A stretch of DNA of 64,000 nucleotides from Eledone cirrhosa (Eukaryota), in assembly GCA_964016885.1 (NCBI GenBank), contig OZ024762.1:25420001-25484000 (forward strand), written 5' to 3'. This document shows, piece by piece, positions 29,801 through 44,600 of this stretch (positions are counted from its first letter, which is position 1; every line of letters begins with the position of its first letter). The notes under the pieces are model-generated. The model saw only the letters and a program-made list of their open reading frames with translations. It was not told the origin of the DNA and ran no database searches. The translations under genes and the position numbers were made by a program.

Positions 29801-32150
29801 ATCACACTACACCACACACACCACACCACACCAAACCACACCAAACCACACCACACCACACACCACACACCACACCACACCACACCAAACCACACCACAC
29901 CAAATCACACCACACCACACAACACACTACACCACACCACACACACCACACAACACCACACCACACACCACATACACCACCACACCACACCACACACCAC
30001 ACACCACACTACACCACACACACACCACACCATACCACACCACACACCACACTACACCACACTACACCACACTACACCACACCACACCACACCACACCAC
30101 ACCACACCACACAAAACCACACCACACCACACCACACACCACATACACCACACCACACCAAACCACACCACACCACACCACACCACATACACCACACCAC
30201 ACACGACACACCACACCACACCACACCACACCACACACCACAGCACACCACACACACACACCACGCCACACCACAACAGTCCACACACCACACACCAAAC
30301 CACACCACACCACACCACACACGACACCACATCACACCAAACCACACCACACACCACACGCCACACCACAGTACATCACACACACCACACCATACCACAC
30401 CACACCACACACCACACACCACACTACACCACACTACACCACACCACACCACACCACACACCACATACACCACACCACACCAAACCACACCACACCACAT
30501 ACACCACACCACACACGACACACCACACCACACCACACCACACCACACACCACAGCACACCACACACACACACACCACGCCACACCACAACAGTCCACAC
30601 ACCACACACCAAACCACACCACACCACACCACACACCACACCACATCACACCAAACCACACCACACACCACACGCCACACCACAGTACATCACACACACC
30701 ACACCATACCACACCACACCACACACCACACACCACACTACACCACACTACACCACACCACACCACACCACACACCACATACACCATACCACAGCACACT
30801 ACACCACACTACACCACACCACACCACAACAAACCACACCACACCACACACCACATACACCACACCACACCACACACCACACACACCACGCCACACACCA
30901 CACTACACCACACCACACCACACCACACACCACACACACCACGCCACACACCCCACTACACCACACACTACACCACACCACACCACACCACACCACACCA
31001 CACCACACCACACCACACCGCACCACACCACACCGCACCACACCACACCACACCACACCGCACCACACCACACCACACCACACCACACCACACCACACCG
31101 CACCGCACCACACCACACCGCACCGCACCACACCACACCACACCACACCACACCGCACCACACCGCACCACACCACACCACACCACACCACACCACACCA
31201 CACCGCACCGCACCACACCACACCGCACCGCACCACACCACACCACACCGCACCACACCACACCACACCACCTCACACCACACCACACCACACCACACCG
31301 CACCGCACCACACCACACCGCACCGCACCACACCACACCACACCACACCACACCGCACCACACCGCACCACACCACACCACACCACACCACACCACACCG
31401 CACCGCACCACACCACACCGCACCGCACCACACCACACCACACCACACCACACCACACCGCACCGCACCACACCACACCGCACCGCACCACACCACACCG
31501 CACCGCACCACACCACACCACACCACACCACACCGCACCACACCGCACCACACCACACCACACCACACCACACCACACCACACCGCACCGCACCACACCA
31601 CACCGCACCGCACCACACCACACCACACCGCACCACACCACACCACACCACCTCACACCACACCACACCACACCACACCGCACCGCACCACACCACACCG
31701 CACCGCACCACACCGCACCGCACCACACCACACCACACCACACCACACCGCACCACACCGCACCACACCACACCACACCACACCACACCACACCACACCG
31801 CACCACACCGCACCACACCACACCACACCACACCACACCACACCGCACCGCACCACACCACACCGCACCGCACCACACCACACCACACCGCACCACACCA
31901 CACCACACCACCTCACACCACACCACACCACACCACACCGCACCACACCACACCACACACCACACACCACACCACACCACACCGCACCACACCGCACCAC
32001 ACCACACCACACCACACCACACCACACCACACCGCACCGCACCACACCACACCGCACCGCACCACACCACACCACACCACACCACACACACCGCACCACA
32101 CCACACCACACCACACCACACCACACCACACCGCACCACACCACACCACA
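26805..32150. repeat. 5.3 kb (CACCA)n pentanucleotide satellite
   Basis: Degenerate to ~30960, then nearly pure CACCA/CACCG. Confidence 0.95.
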
Positions 32151-32874
32151 AGGTTATAGAGTAAAGACAATATAATTTATATTTCCATTTTACTATAATT
32201 AACATTATATAATAAATTTCAATATTGAATTATTTAAACTGATAAATGAAATATGAATTAATTTTGTGTGTGCTTGTGTATGTGTATGGTTGTATGTGTG
32301 TGCTTGTGTGTGTATTTGTATGTGTGTGCTTGTGTGTGTGTATTTGTATGTATGTGCTTGTGTGTGTTTGTATGTATGTGCTGTGTGTGTGTGTTCTGGT
32401 CTCTGTGTGTGTTTATATGTATGTGGTTGTATGTGTATGTATGTACTTGTGTGTATGTTCTGGTTTGTGTGGTTGTATGTGTATGTACTTGTGTGTATGT
32501 TCTGGTTTGTGTGGTTGTATGTGTATGTACTTGTGGCACTGCTTTTGTGAGTCAATATGTGTGTGAGTGTGTGCCTGCACGTGTGTATGGGTGGGTGTTT
32601 GTGTGGTCTGCTTTTGTGTCTGTATGTGTGTATGTGTGTGATGTGTAAGAGACATAAAGTCTGTGTAAGCATGTACGTGCTTCTATGTGTGTGTGCGTGT
32701 GCTGTGTGTGTGTGTGTGAAAGAGAGAAAAAGAGAAAGAGAGACAGAGTCTGAGTGTGTATTTGCCTATATATATGCTTGTGTGAGAGAGAGAGAAAGAG
32801 GGGGAGAGAGAGGGAGAGAGAGGGAGGGAGTGAGAAAGAGAATGTGTGAGAGAGAGAGTGTGAGAGAGAGTGAG

Positions 32875-32909
<35 letters not shown>

Positions 32910-33131
32910 TATATAAATAGAGTGTGAGAGAGAGGATGCGTGTGATTGAGAGAGAGAGTGAGAGAGACGATGAGAGAGAGAATGAGTGTGTGTGAGAGCG
33001 AAAGAGAGTGTGTGTGAGAGAGAAACAGAGACAGAGTATGTGTGTGTGTGTGTATTTATGTGTGTTTTGTTTTAATTGTTGAAATTTTAATAAAGAAAAA
33101 TGAATTTATCTCTCACACTTATCTTAATGTA

Positions 33132-36100
33132 CACCTGAGACAGTTGTTGGTGTTGTTGTTGGTGGTGTTGTTGGTGTTGTTGGTGGTTGTATTGTTGTTG
33201 CTGTTGGTGTTGTTGTTGGTGTTGTTGGTGGTTGTATTGTTGTTGTTGTTGGTGTTGTTGGTGTTCTTGCTGTTGGTGTTGTTGTTGGTGTTGTTGGTGG
33301 TTGTATTGTTGTTGTTGTTGGTGGTTGTATTGTTGTTGCTGTTGGTGGTTGTATTGTTGGTGTTGTTGTTGGTGTTGTTGGTGGTTGTATTGTTGTTGTT
33401 GTTGGTGGTTGTATTGTTGTTGTTGTTGGTGTTGTTGTTGGTGTTGTTGGTGGTTGTATTGTTGTTGTTGTTGGTGTTGTTGTTGGTGTTCTTGCTGTTG
33501 GTGTTGTTGTTGGTGTTGTTGGTGGTTGTATTGTTGTTGTTGTTGGTGGTTGTATTGTTGTTGCTGTTGGTGGTTGTATTGTTGGTGTTGTTGTTGGTGT
33601 TGTTGGTGGTTGTATTGTTGTTGTTGTTGGTGGTTGTATTGTTGTTGTTGTTGGTGTTGTTGTTGGTGTTGTTGGTGGTTGTATTGTTGTTGTTGTTGGT
33701 GTTGTTGTTGGTGTTGTTGCTGTTGGTTTTGTTGTTGGTGTTGTTGGTGGTTGTATTGTTGTTGTTGTTGGTGTTGTTGTTGGTGTTGTTGCTGTTGGTG
33801 TTGTTGTTGGTGTTGTTGCTGTTGGTGTTGTTGTTGGTGGTTGTATTGTTGTTGTTGTTGGTGGTTGTATTGTTGTTGTTGTTGGTGTTGTTGTTGGTGT
33901 TGTTGCTGTTGGTTTTGTTGTTGGTGTTGTTGGTGGTTGTATTGTTGTTGTTGTTGGTGGTTGTATTGTTGTTGTTGTTGATGTTGTTGTTGGTGTTGTT
34001 GCTGTTGGTGTTGTTGTTGGTGTTGTTGGTGGTTGTATTGTTGTTGTTGTTGGTGGTTGTATTGTTGTTGTTGTTGATGTTGTTGTTGGTGTTGTTGCTG
34101 TTGGTGTTGTTGTTGGTGTTGTTGGTGGTTGTATTGTTGTTGTTGTTGTTGGTGTTGTTGGTGGTTGTATTGTTGTTGTTGTTGTTGGTGTTGTTGGTGT
34201 TGTTGGTGGTTGTATTGTTGTTGTTGTTGGTGTTGTTGTTGGTGTTGTTGGTGGTTGTATTGTTGTTGTTGTTGTTGGTGTTGTTGGTGGTTGTATTGTT
34301 GTTGTTGTTGTTGTTGTTGTTGGTGTTGTTGGTGGTTGTATTGTTGTTGTTGTTGTTGGTGTTGTTGTTGGTTGTATTGTTGGTGGTTGTATTGTTGTTG
34401 TTGTTGTTGGTGTTGTTGGTGGTTGTATTGTTGTTGTTGTTGGTGTTGTTGTTGGTGTTGTTGGTGGTTGTATTGTTGTTGTTGTTGGTGTTGTTGTTGG
34501 TGTTGTTGCTGTTGGTTTTGTTGTTGGTGTTGTTGGTGGTTGTATTGTTGTTGTTGTTGGTGTTGTTGTTGGTGTTGTTGGTGGTTGTATTGTTGTTGTT
34601 GTTGTTGGTGTTGTTGGTGGTTGTATTGTTGTTGTTGTTGTTGGTGTTGTTGGTGGTTGTATTGTTGTTGTTGTTGTTGGTGTGTTGGTGGTTGTATTGT
34701 TGTTGTTGTTGTTGGTGTTGTTGGTGGTTGTATTGTTGTTGTTGTTGTTGGTGTTGTTGGTGGTTGTATTGTTGTTGTTGTTGGTGTTGTTGTTGGTGTT
34801 GTTGGTGGTTGTATTGTTGTTGTTGTTGTTGGTGGTTGTATTGTTGTTGTTGTTGTTGTTGTTGTTGGTGTTGTTGGTGGTTGTATTGTTGTTGTTGTTG
34901 GTGTTGTTGTTGGTGTTGTTGGTGTTGTTGGTGTTGTATTGTTGTTGTTGTTGGTGTTGTTGTGGTGGTTGTATTGTTGTTGTTGTTGTTGGTGGTTGTA
35001 TTGTTGTTGTTGTTGGTGTTGTTGGTGGTTGTATTGTTGTTGTTGTTGGTGTTGTTGTTGGTGGTTGTATGTTGTTGTTGTTGTTGTTGGTGGTGGTTGT
35101 ATTGTTGTTGTTGTTGTTGGTGGTTGTATTGTTGTTGTTGTTGGTGTTGTTGGTGGTTGTATTGTTGTTGTTGTTGGTGTTGTTGTTGGTGGTTGTATTG
35201 TTGTGTTGTTGTTGTTGGTGGTGGTTGTATTGTTGTTGTTGTTGTTGTTGGTGTTGGTGGTTGTATTGTTGTTGTTGTTGGTGGTTGTATTGTTGTTGTT
35301 GTTGTTGGTTGGTGGTTGTATTGTGGTGTTGTTGGTGTTGGTGGTGGTGGTTGTATTGTTGTTGTTGTTGGTGGTTGTATTGTTGTTGTTGTTGGTGGTT
35401 GTATTGTTGTTGTTGTTGGTGTTGTTGGTGGTTGTATTGTTGTTGTTGTTGGTGTTGTTGTTGTTGGTGGTTGTTTGTTGTTGTTGTTGTTGTTGGTGGT
35501 GGTTGTATTGTTGTTGTTGTTGTTGGTGGTTGTATTGTTGTTGTTGTTGGTGTTGTTGGTGGTTGTATTGTTGTTGTTGTTGGTGTTGTTGTTGGTGGTT
35601 GTATTGTTGTTGTTGTTGTTGTTGGTGGTGGTTGTATTGTTGTTGTTGTTGTTGTTGGTGTTGGTGGTTGTATTGTTGTTGTTGTTGGTGGTTGTATTGT
35701 TGTTGTTGTTGTTGTTGGTGTTGTTGGTGGTTGTATTGTTGGTGTTGTTGGTGTTGGTGGTGGTGGTTGTATTGTTGTTGTTGTTGGTGGTTGTATTGTT
35801 GTTGTTGTTGGTGGTTGTATTGTTGTTGTTGTTGTTGTTGGTGGTGGTGGTTGTATTGTTGTTGTTGTTGGTGGTTGTATTGTTGTTGTTGTTGGTGGTT
35901 GTATTGTTGTTGTTGTTGGTGTTGTTGGTGGTTGTATTGTTGTTGTTGTTGGTGGTTGTATTGTTGTTGTTGTTGTTGTTGGTGTTGTTGGTGGTTGTAT
36001 TGTTGTTGTTGTTGTTGGTGGTGTTGTTGGTGGTTGTATTGTTGTTGTTGTTGTTGGTGGTGTTGTTGGTGGTTGTATTGTTGTTGCTGTGGGTGTTGTT

Positions 36101-39100
36101 GTTTGTGGTTGTATTGTTGTTGTTGTTGTTGTTGGTGGTGTTGGTGGTTGTATTGTTGTTGTTGTTGATGTTGGTGGTGGTTGTATTGTTGGTGTTGTTG
36201 GTGTTGGTGGTGGTGGTTGTATTTTTGTAGTTGTTGGTGGTTGTATTGTTGTTGTTGTTGGTGGTTGTATTGTTGTTGTTGTTGTTGTTGGTGTTGTTGG
36301 TGGTTGTATTGTTGTTGTTGTTGGTGGTTGTATTGTTGTTGCTGTTGGTGGTTGTATTGTTGTTGTTGTTGTTGTTGGTGTTGTTGGTGGTTGTATTGTT
36401 GTTGTTGTTGTTGGTGGTGTTGTTGGTGGTTGTATTGTTGTTGCTGTGGGTGTTGTTGTTTGTGGTTGTATTGTTGTTGTTGTTGTTGTTGGTGGTGTTG
36501 GTGGTTGTATTGTTGTTGTTGTTGATGTTGGTGGTGGTTGTATTGTTGGTGTTGTTGGTGTTGGTGGTGGTGGTTGTATTTTTGTAGTTGTTGGTGGTTG
36601 TATTGTTGTTGTTGTTGGTGGTTGTATTGTTGTTGTTGTTGTTGTTGGTGTTGTTGGTGGTTGTATTGTTGTTGTTGTTGGTGGTTGTATTGTTGTTGCT
36701 GTTGGTGGTTGTATTGTTGTTGTTGTTGTTGTTGGTGTTGTTGGTGGTTGTATTGTTGTTGTTGTTGTTGGTGGTGTTGTTGGTGGTTGTATTGTTGTTG
36801 CTGTGGGTGTTGTTGTTTGTGGTTGTATTGTTGTTGTTGTTGTTGGTGGTGTTGTTGGTGGTTGTATTGTTGTTGCTGTTGGTGTTGTTGTTGGTGTTGT
36901 TGGTGTTGTTGGTGGTTGTATTGTTGTTGTTGTTGGTGGTTGTATTGTTGTTGTTGTTGTTGTTGTTGGTGTTGTTGGTGGTTGTATTGTTGTTGCTGTT
37001 GGTGTTGTTGTTGGTGTTGTTGGTGGTTGTATTATTGTTGTTGTTGTTGTTGGTGTTGTTGGTGGTTGTATTGTTGTTGCTGTTGGTGTTGTTGTTGGTG
37101 TTGTTGTTGGTGTTGTTGTTGGTGTTGTTGGTGTTGGTGTTGTTGTTGTTGTTGTTGTTGGTGTTGTTGGTGGTGTTGTTGGTGGTTGTATTGTTGTTGC
37201 TGTTGGTGTTGTTGTTGGTGTTGTTGGTGGTTGTATTGTTGTTGTTGTTGGTGTTGTTGGTGGTGTTGTTGGTGGTTGTATTGTTGTTGCTGTTGGTGTT
37301 GTTGTTGGTGGTTGTATTGTTGTTGTTGTTGTTGGTGTTGTTGGTGGTTGTATTGTTGTTGCTGTGGGTGTTGTTGTTGTTGTTGTTGGTGTTGTTGGTG
37401 GTTGTATTGTTGTTGTTGTTGTTGTTGTTGTTGGTGTTGTTGGTGGTTGTATTGTTGTTGCTGTGGGTGTTGTTGTTGTTGTTGTTGGTGTTATTGGTGG
37501 TTGTATTGTTGTTGTTGTTGTTGGTGTTGTTGTTGGTGTTGTTGGTGTTGTTGGTGGTTGTATTGTTGTTGTTGTTGTTGTTGTTGGTGGTGGTTGTGTT
37601 GTTGTTGTTGTTGTTGGTGTTGTTGTTGGTGTTGTTGGTGGTTGTATTGTTGTTGCTGTTGTTGTTGGTGTTGTTGGTGGTTGTATTGTTGTTGTTGTTG
37701 TTGTTGGTGTTGTTGTTGGTGTTGTTGGTGGTTGTATTGTTGTTGTTGTTTTTGTTGGTGTTGTTGGTGGTTGTATTGTTGTTGTTGTTGTTGTTGGTGT
37801 TGTTGTTGGTGTTGTTGGTGGTTGTATTGTTGTTGTTGTTGTTGTTGGTGTTGTTGTTGGTGTTGTTGGTGGTTGTATTGTTGTTGTTGTTGGTGGTGGT
37901 GTTGTTGGTGGTTGTATTGTTGTTGTTGTTGCTGTTGGTGTTGTTGTTGGTGTTGTTGGTGGTTGTATTGTTGTTGTTGTTGGTGGTGGTGTTGTTGGTG
38001 GTTGTGTTGTTGTTGTTGTTGCTGTTGGTGTTGTTGTTGGTGTTGTTGGTGGTTGTATTGTTGTTGTTGGTGTTGTTGTTGGTTTTGTTGGTGGTTGTAT
38101 TGTTGTTGTTGTTGTTGTTGGTGTTGTTGTTGGTGTTGTTGGTGGTTGTATTGTTGTTGCTGTTGGTGTTGTTGTTGGTGTTGTTGGTGGTTGTATTGTT
38201 GTTGTTGTTGTTGCTGTTGGTGTTGTTGTTGGTGTTGTTGGTGGTTGTATTGTTGTTGTTGGTGTTGTTGGTGGTTGTATTGTTGTTGTTGTTGTTGTTG
38301 GTGTTGTTGGTGGTTGTATTGTTGTTGTTGTTGTTGTTGTTGGTGTTGTTGGTGGTTGTATTGTTGTTGCTGTTGGTGTTGTTGTTGGTGTTGTTGGTGG
38401 TTGTATTGTTGTTGTTGTTGTTGTTGGTGTTGGTGGTTGTATTGTTGTTGTTGTTGTTGGTGTTGTTGGTGGTTGTATTGTTGTTGTTGTTGTTGCTGTT
38501 GGTGTTGTTGTTGGTGTTGTTGGTGGTTGTATTGTTGTTGTTGGTGTTGTTGGTGGTTGTATTGTTGTTGTTGTTGTTGTTGGTGTTGTTGGTGGTTGTA
38601 TTGTTGTTGTTGTTGTTGTTGTTGGTGTTGTTGGTGGTTGTATTGTTGTTGCTGTTGGTGTTGTTGTTGGTGTTGTTGGTGGTTCTTTGTTGTTGCTGTG
38701 GGTGTTGTTGTTGGTGTTGTTGGTGGTTGTATTGTTGTCGTTGTTGTTGGTGGTGTTGTTGGTGGTTGTATTGTTGTTGTTGTTGGTGTTGTTGGTGGTT
38801 GTATTGTTGTTGTTGTTGTTGTTGTGTTGTTGGTGGTTGTATTGTTGTTGTTGGTGTTGTTGTTGGTTTTGTTGGTGGTTGTATTGTTGTTGCTGTTGTT
38901 GTTGTTGTTGGTGTTGTTGGTGGTTGTATTGTTGTTGTTGTTGTTGTTGTGTTGTTGGTGGTTGTATTGTTGTTGTTGTTGGTGTTGTTGTTGGTGTTGT
39001 TGGTGGTTCTTTGTTGTTGCTGTGGGTGTTGTTGTTGGTGTTGTTGGTGGTTGTATTGTTGTCGTTGTTGTTGGTGGTGTTGTTGGTGGTTGTATTGTTG

Positions 39101-41381
39101 TTGTTGTTGGTGTTGTTGGTGGTTGTATTGTTGTTGTTGTTGTTGTTGGTGGTTGTATTGTTGTTGTTGTTGTTGTTGTTGGTGGTTGTATTGCTGTTGT
39201 TGTTGTTGTTGGTGGTTGTATTGTTGTTGCTGTTGGTGTTGGTGGTTGTATTGTTGTTGTTGGTGTTGTTGGTGGTTGTATTGTTGTTGTTGTTGTTGTT
39301 GGTGGTTGTATTGTTGTTGTTGTTGGTGGTTGTATTGTTGTTGCTGTTGGTGTTGTTGGTGGTTGTATTGTTGTTGTTGTTGTTGTTGGTGGTTGTATTG
39401 TTGTTGTTGTTGTTGTTGGTGGTTGTATTGCTGTTGTTGTTGTTGTTGGTGGTTGTATTTTTGTTGCTGTTGGTGTTGGTGGTTGTATTGTTGTTGTTGG
39501 TGTTGTTGGTGGTTGTATTGTTGTTGTTGTTGTTGTTGGTGTTGTTGGTGGTTGTATTGTTGTTGCTGTTGGTGTTGTTGTTGTTGTTGTTGGTGGTTGT
39601 ATTGTTATTGCTGTTGGTGTTGTTGTTGGTGTTGTTGGTGGTTGTATTTTTGTTGTTGGTGTTGTTGGTGGTTGTATTGTTGTTGTTGGTGTTGTTGGTG
39701 GTTGTATTGTTGTTGTTGTTGTTGTTGGTGTTGTTGGTGGTTGTATTGTTGTTGTTGGTGTTGTTGGTGGTTGTATTGTTGTTGTTGTTGTTGTTGGTGG
39801 TTGTATTGTTGTTGTTGTTGTTGTTGGTGTTGTTGGTGGTTGTATTTTTGTTGTTGGTGTTGTTGGTGGTTGTATTGTTGTTGTTGTTGTTGTTGGTGTT
39901 GTTGGTGTTGTTGGTGGTTGTATTGTTGTTGTTGTTGTTGTTGGTGTTGTTGGTGGTTGTTTTGTTGTTGCTGTTGGTGTTGTTGTTGTTGTTTTTGGTG
40001 GTTGTATTGTTGTTGTTGTTGTTGTTGGTGTTGTTGGTGGTTGTATTGTTGTTGTTGGTGTTGTTGTTGGTGTTGTTGTTGGTGTTGTTGCTGTTGGTGT
40101 TGTTGTTGGTGTTGTTGGTGGTTGTATTGTTGTTGTTGTTGCTCTTGTTGTTGGTGTTGTTGGTGGTTGTATTGTTGTTGTTGTTGGTGTTGTTGTTGGT
40201 GTTGTTGGTGGTTGTATTGTTGTTGTTGTTGTTGTTGGTGTTGTTGGTGTTGTTGGTGGTTGTATTGTTGTTGTTGTTGTTGTTGGTGTTGTTGGTGGTT
40301 GTATTGTTGTTGCTGTTGGTGTTGTTGTTGTTGTTGTTGGTGGTTGTATTGTTGTTGTTGTTGTTGTTGGTGTTGTTGGTGGTTGTATTGTTGTTGTTGG
40401 TGTTGTTGGTGGTTGTATTGTTGTTGTTGTTGCTGTTGTTGGTGTTGTTGTTGGTGTTGTTGCTGTTGGTGTTGTTGTTGGTGTTGTTGGTGGTTGTATT
40501 GTTGTTGTTGTTGCTGTTGTTGTTGGTGTTGTTGGTGGTTGTATTGTTGTTGTTGTTGGTGTTGTTGTTGGTGTTGTTGGTGGTTGTATTGTTGTTGCTG
40601 TTGGTGTTGTTGTTGGTGTTGTTGGTGGTTGTATTGTTGTTGTTGTTGGTGTTGTTGGTGTTGTTGGTGGTTGTATTGTTGTTGCTGTTGGTGTTGTTGT
40701 TGTTGTTGTTGGTGGTTGTATTGTTGTTGTTGTTGTTGTTGGTGTTGTTGGTGGTTGTATTGTTGTTGTCGGTGTTGTTGTTGGTGTTGTTGTTGGTGTT
40801 GTTGCTGTTGGTGTTGTTGTTGGTGTTGTTGGTGGTTGTATTGTTGTTGTTGTTGCTGTTGTTGTTGGTGTTGTTGGTGGTTGTATTGTTGTTGTTGTTG
40901 GTGTTGTTGTTGGTGTTGTTGGTGGTTGTATTGTTGTTGCTGTTGGTGTTGTTGTTGGTGTTGTTGGTGGTTGTATTGTTGTTGTTGTTGTTGTTGTTGG
41001 TGTTGTTGGTGGTTGTATTGTTGTTGTTGGTGTTGTTGTTGGTGTTGTTGTTGGTGTTGTTGCTGTTGGTGTTGTTGTTGGTGTTGTTGGTGGTTGTATT
41101 GTTGTTGTTGTTGCTGTTGTTGTTGGTGTTGTTGGTGGTTGTATTGTTGTTGTTGTTGGTGTTGTTGTTGGTGTTGTTGGTGGTTGTATTGTTGTTGTTG
41201 TTGGTGTTGTTGGTGGTTGTATTGTTGTTGGTGGTTGTTGTTGGTGTTGTTGGTGGTTGTATTGTTGTTGCTGTTGGTGTTGTTGTTGGTGTTGTTGGTG
41301 GTTGTATTGTTGTTGTTGTTGGTGTTGTTGGTGGTTGTTGTTGTTGTTGGTGGTGTTGTTGTTGGTGTTGTTGGTGGTTGT

Positions 41382-41412
<31 letters not shown>

Positions 41413-41483
41413 GTGGTGGTTGTATTGTTGGTGGTTGTATTGTTGTTGCTGTTGGTGTTGTTGTTGGTGTTGTTGGTGGTTGT

Positions 41484-41514
<31 letters not shown>

Positions 41515-41595
41515 GTGGTGGTTGTATTGTTGGTGGTTGTATTGTTGTTGCTGTTGGTGTTGTTGTTGGTGTTGTTGGTGGTTGTATTGTTGTTG

Positions 41596-41629
<34 letters not shown>

Positions 41630-44600
41630 TATTGTTGGTGGTTGTATTGTTGTTGCTGTTGGTGTTGTTGTTGGTGTCGTTGGTGGTTGTATTTTTGTTG
41701 TTGTTGCTGTTGGTGTTGTTGTTGGTGGTTGTATTGTTGTTGTTGTTGTTGGTGGTGGTGTTGTTGTTGGTGTTGTTGGTGGTTGTTGTTGTTGTTGTTG
41801 GTGTTGTTGTTGGTGTTGTTGGTGTTGGTGTTGTTGTTGTTGTTGTTGTTGGTGTTGTTGGTGGTGTTGTTGGTGGTTGTATTGTTGTTGCTGTTGGTGT
41901 TGTTGTTGGTGTTGTTGGTGGTTGTATTGTTGTTGTTGTTGGTGTTGTTGGTGGTGTTGTTGGTGGTTGTATTGTTGTTGCTGTTGGTGTTGTTGTTGGT
42001 GGTTGTATTGTTGTTGTTGTTGTTGGTGTTGTTGGTGGTTGTATTGTTGTTGCTGTGGGTGTTGTTGTTGTTGTTGTTGGTGTTGTTGGTGGTTGTATTG
42101 TTGTTGTTGTTGTTGTTGTTGTTGGTGTTGTTGGTGGTTGTATTGTTGTTGCTGTGGGTGTTGTTGTTGTTGTTGTTGGTGTTATTGGTGGTTGTATTGT
42201 TGTTGTTGTTGTTGGTGTTGTTGTTGGTGTTGTTGGTGGTTGTATTGTTGTTGTTGTTGTTGTTGTTGGTGGTGGTTGTATTGTTGTTGTTGTTGTTGTT
42301 GGTGTTGTTGTTGGTGTTGTTGGTGGTTGTATTGTTGTTGCTGTTGTTGTTGGTGTTGTTGGTGGTTGTATTGTTGTTGTTGTTGTTGTTGGTGTTGTTG
42401 TTGGTGTTGTTGGTGGTTGTATTGTTGTTGTTGTTTTTGTTGGTGTTGTTGGTGGTTGTATTGTTGTTGTTGTTGTTGTTGGTGTTGTTGTTGGTGTTGT
42501 TGGTGGTTGTATTGTTGTTGTTGTTGTTGTTGGTGTTGTTGTTGGTGTTGTTGGTGGTTGTATTGTTGTTGTTGTTGGTGGTGGTGTTGTTGGTGGTTGT
42601 ATTGTTGTTGTTGTTGCTGTTGGTGTTGTTGTTGGTGTTGTTGGTGGTTGTATTGTTGTTGTTGTTGGTGGTGGTGTTGTTGGTGGTTGTATTGTTGTTG
42701 TTGTTGCTGTTGGTGTTGTTGTTGGTGTTGTTGGTGGTTGTATTGTTGTTGTTGGTGTTGTTGTTGGTTTTGTTGGTGGTTGTATTGTTGTTGTTGTTGT
42801 TGTTGGTGTTGTTGTTGGTGTTGTTGGTGGTTGTATTGTTGTTGCTGTTGGTGTTGTTGTTGGTGTTGTTGGTGGTTGTATTGTTGTTGTTGTTGTTGCT
42901 GTTGGTGTTGTTGTTGGTGTTGTTGGTGGTTGTATTGTTGTTGTTGGTGTTGTTGGTGGTTGTATTGTTGTTGTTGTTGTTGTTGGTGTTGTTGGTGGTT
43001 GTATTGTTGTTGTTGTTGTTGTTGTTGGTGTTGTTGGTGGTTGTATTGTTGTTGCTGTTGGTGTTGTTGTTGGTGTTGTTGGTGGTTGTATTGTTGTTGT
43101 TGTTGTTGTTGGTGTTGGTGGTTGTATTGTTGTTGTTGTTGTTGGTGTTGTTGGTGGTTGTATTGTTGTTGTTGTTGTTGCTGTTGGTGTTGTTGTTGGT
43201 GTTGTTGGTGGTTGTATTGTTGTTGTTGGTGTTGTTGGTGGTTGTATTGTTGTTGTTGTTGTTGTTGGTGTTGTTGGTGGTTGTATTGTTGTTGTTGTTG
43301 TTGTTGTTGGTGTTGTTGGTGGTTGTATTGTTGTTGCTGTTGGTGTTGTTGTTGGTGTTGTTGGTGGTTCTTTGTTGTTGCTGTGGGTGTTGTTGTTGGT
43401 GTTGTTGGTGGTTGTATTGTTGTCGTTGTTGTTGGTGGTGTTGTTGGTGGTTGTATTGTTGTTGTTGTTGGTGTTGTTGGTGGTTGTATTGTTGTTGTTG
43501 TTGTTGTTGTGTTGTTGGTGGTTGTATTGTTGTTGTTGGTGTTGTTGTTGGTTTTGTTGGTGGTTGTATTGTTGTTGCTGTTGTTGTTGTTGTTGGTGTT
43601 GTTGGTGGTTGTATTGTTGTTGTTGTTGTTGTTGTGTTGTTGGTGGTTGTATTGTTGTTGTTGTTGGTGTTGTTGTTGGTGTTGTTGGTGGTTCTTTGTT
43701 GTTGCTGTGGGTGTTGTTGTTGGTGTTGTTGGTGGTTGTATTGTTGTCGTTGTTGTTGGTGGTGTTGTTGGTGGTTGTATTGTTGTTGTTGTTGGTGTTG
43801 TTGGTGGTTGTATTGTTGTTGTTGTTGTTGTTGGTGGTTGTATTGTTGTTGTTGTTGTTGTTGGTGGTTGTATTGCTGTTGTTGTTGTTGTTGGTGGTTG
43901 TATTGTTGTTGCTGTTGGTGTTGGTGGTTGTATTGTTGTTGTTGGTGTTGTTGGTGGTTGTATTGTTGTTGTTGTTGTTGTTGGTGTTGTTGGTGGTTGT
44001 ATTGTTGTTGTTGTTGGTGGTTGTATTGTTGTTGCTGTTGGTGTTGTTGGTGGTTGTATTGTTGTTGTTGTTGTTGTTGGTGGTTGTATTGTTGTTGTTG
44101 TTGTTGTTGGTGGTTGTATTGCTGTTGTTGTTGTTGTTGGTGGTTGTATTTTTGTTGCTGTTGGTGTTGGTGGTTGTATTGTTGTTGTTGGTGTTGTTGG
44201 TGGTTGTATTGTTGTTGTTGTTGTTGTTGGTGTTGTTGGTGGTTGTATTGTTGTTGCTGTTGGTGTTGTTGTTGTTGTTGTTGGTGGTTGTATTGTTATT
44301 GCTGTTGGTGTTGTTGTTGGTGTTGTTGGTGGTTGTATTTTTGTTGTTGGTGTTGTTGGTGGTTGTATTGTTGTTGTTGGTGTTGTTGGTGGTTGTATTG
44401 TTGTTGTTGTTGTTGTTGGTGTTGTTGGTGGTTGTATTGTTGTTGTTGGTGTTGTTGGTGGTTGTATTGTTGTTGTTGTTGCTGTTGTTGGTGTTGTTGT
44501 TGGTGTTGTTGCTGTTGGTGTTGTTGTTGGTGTTGTTGGTGGTTGTATTGTTGTTGTTGTTGCTGTTGTTGTTGGTGTTGTTGGTGGTTGTATTGTTGTT

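Noticed and set aside
26764-32205. VVWCG-repeat ORFs
   Set aside because: Translation of the (TGGTG)n pentamer in all frames; no unique coding sequence.
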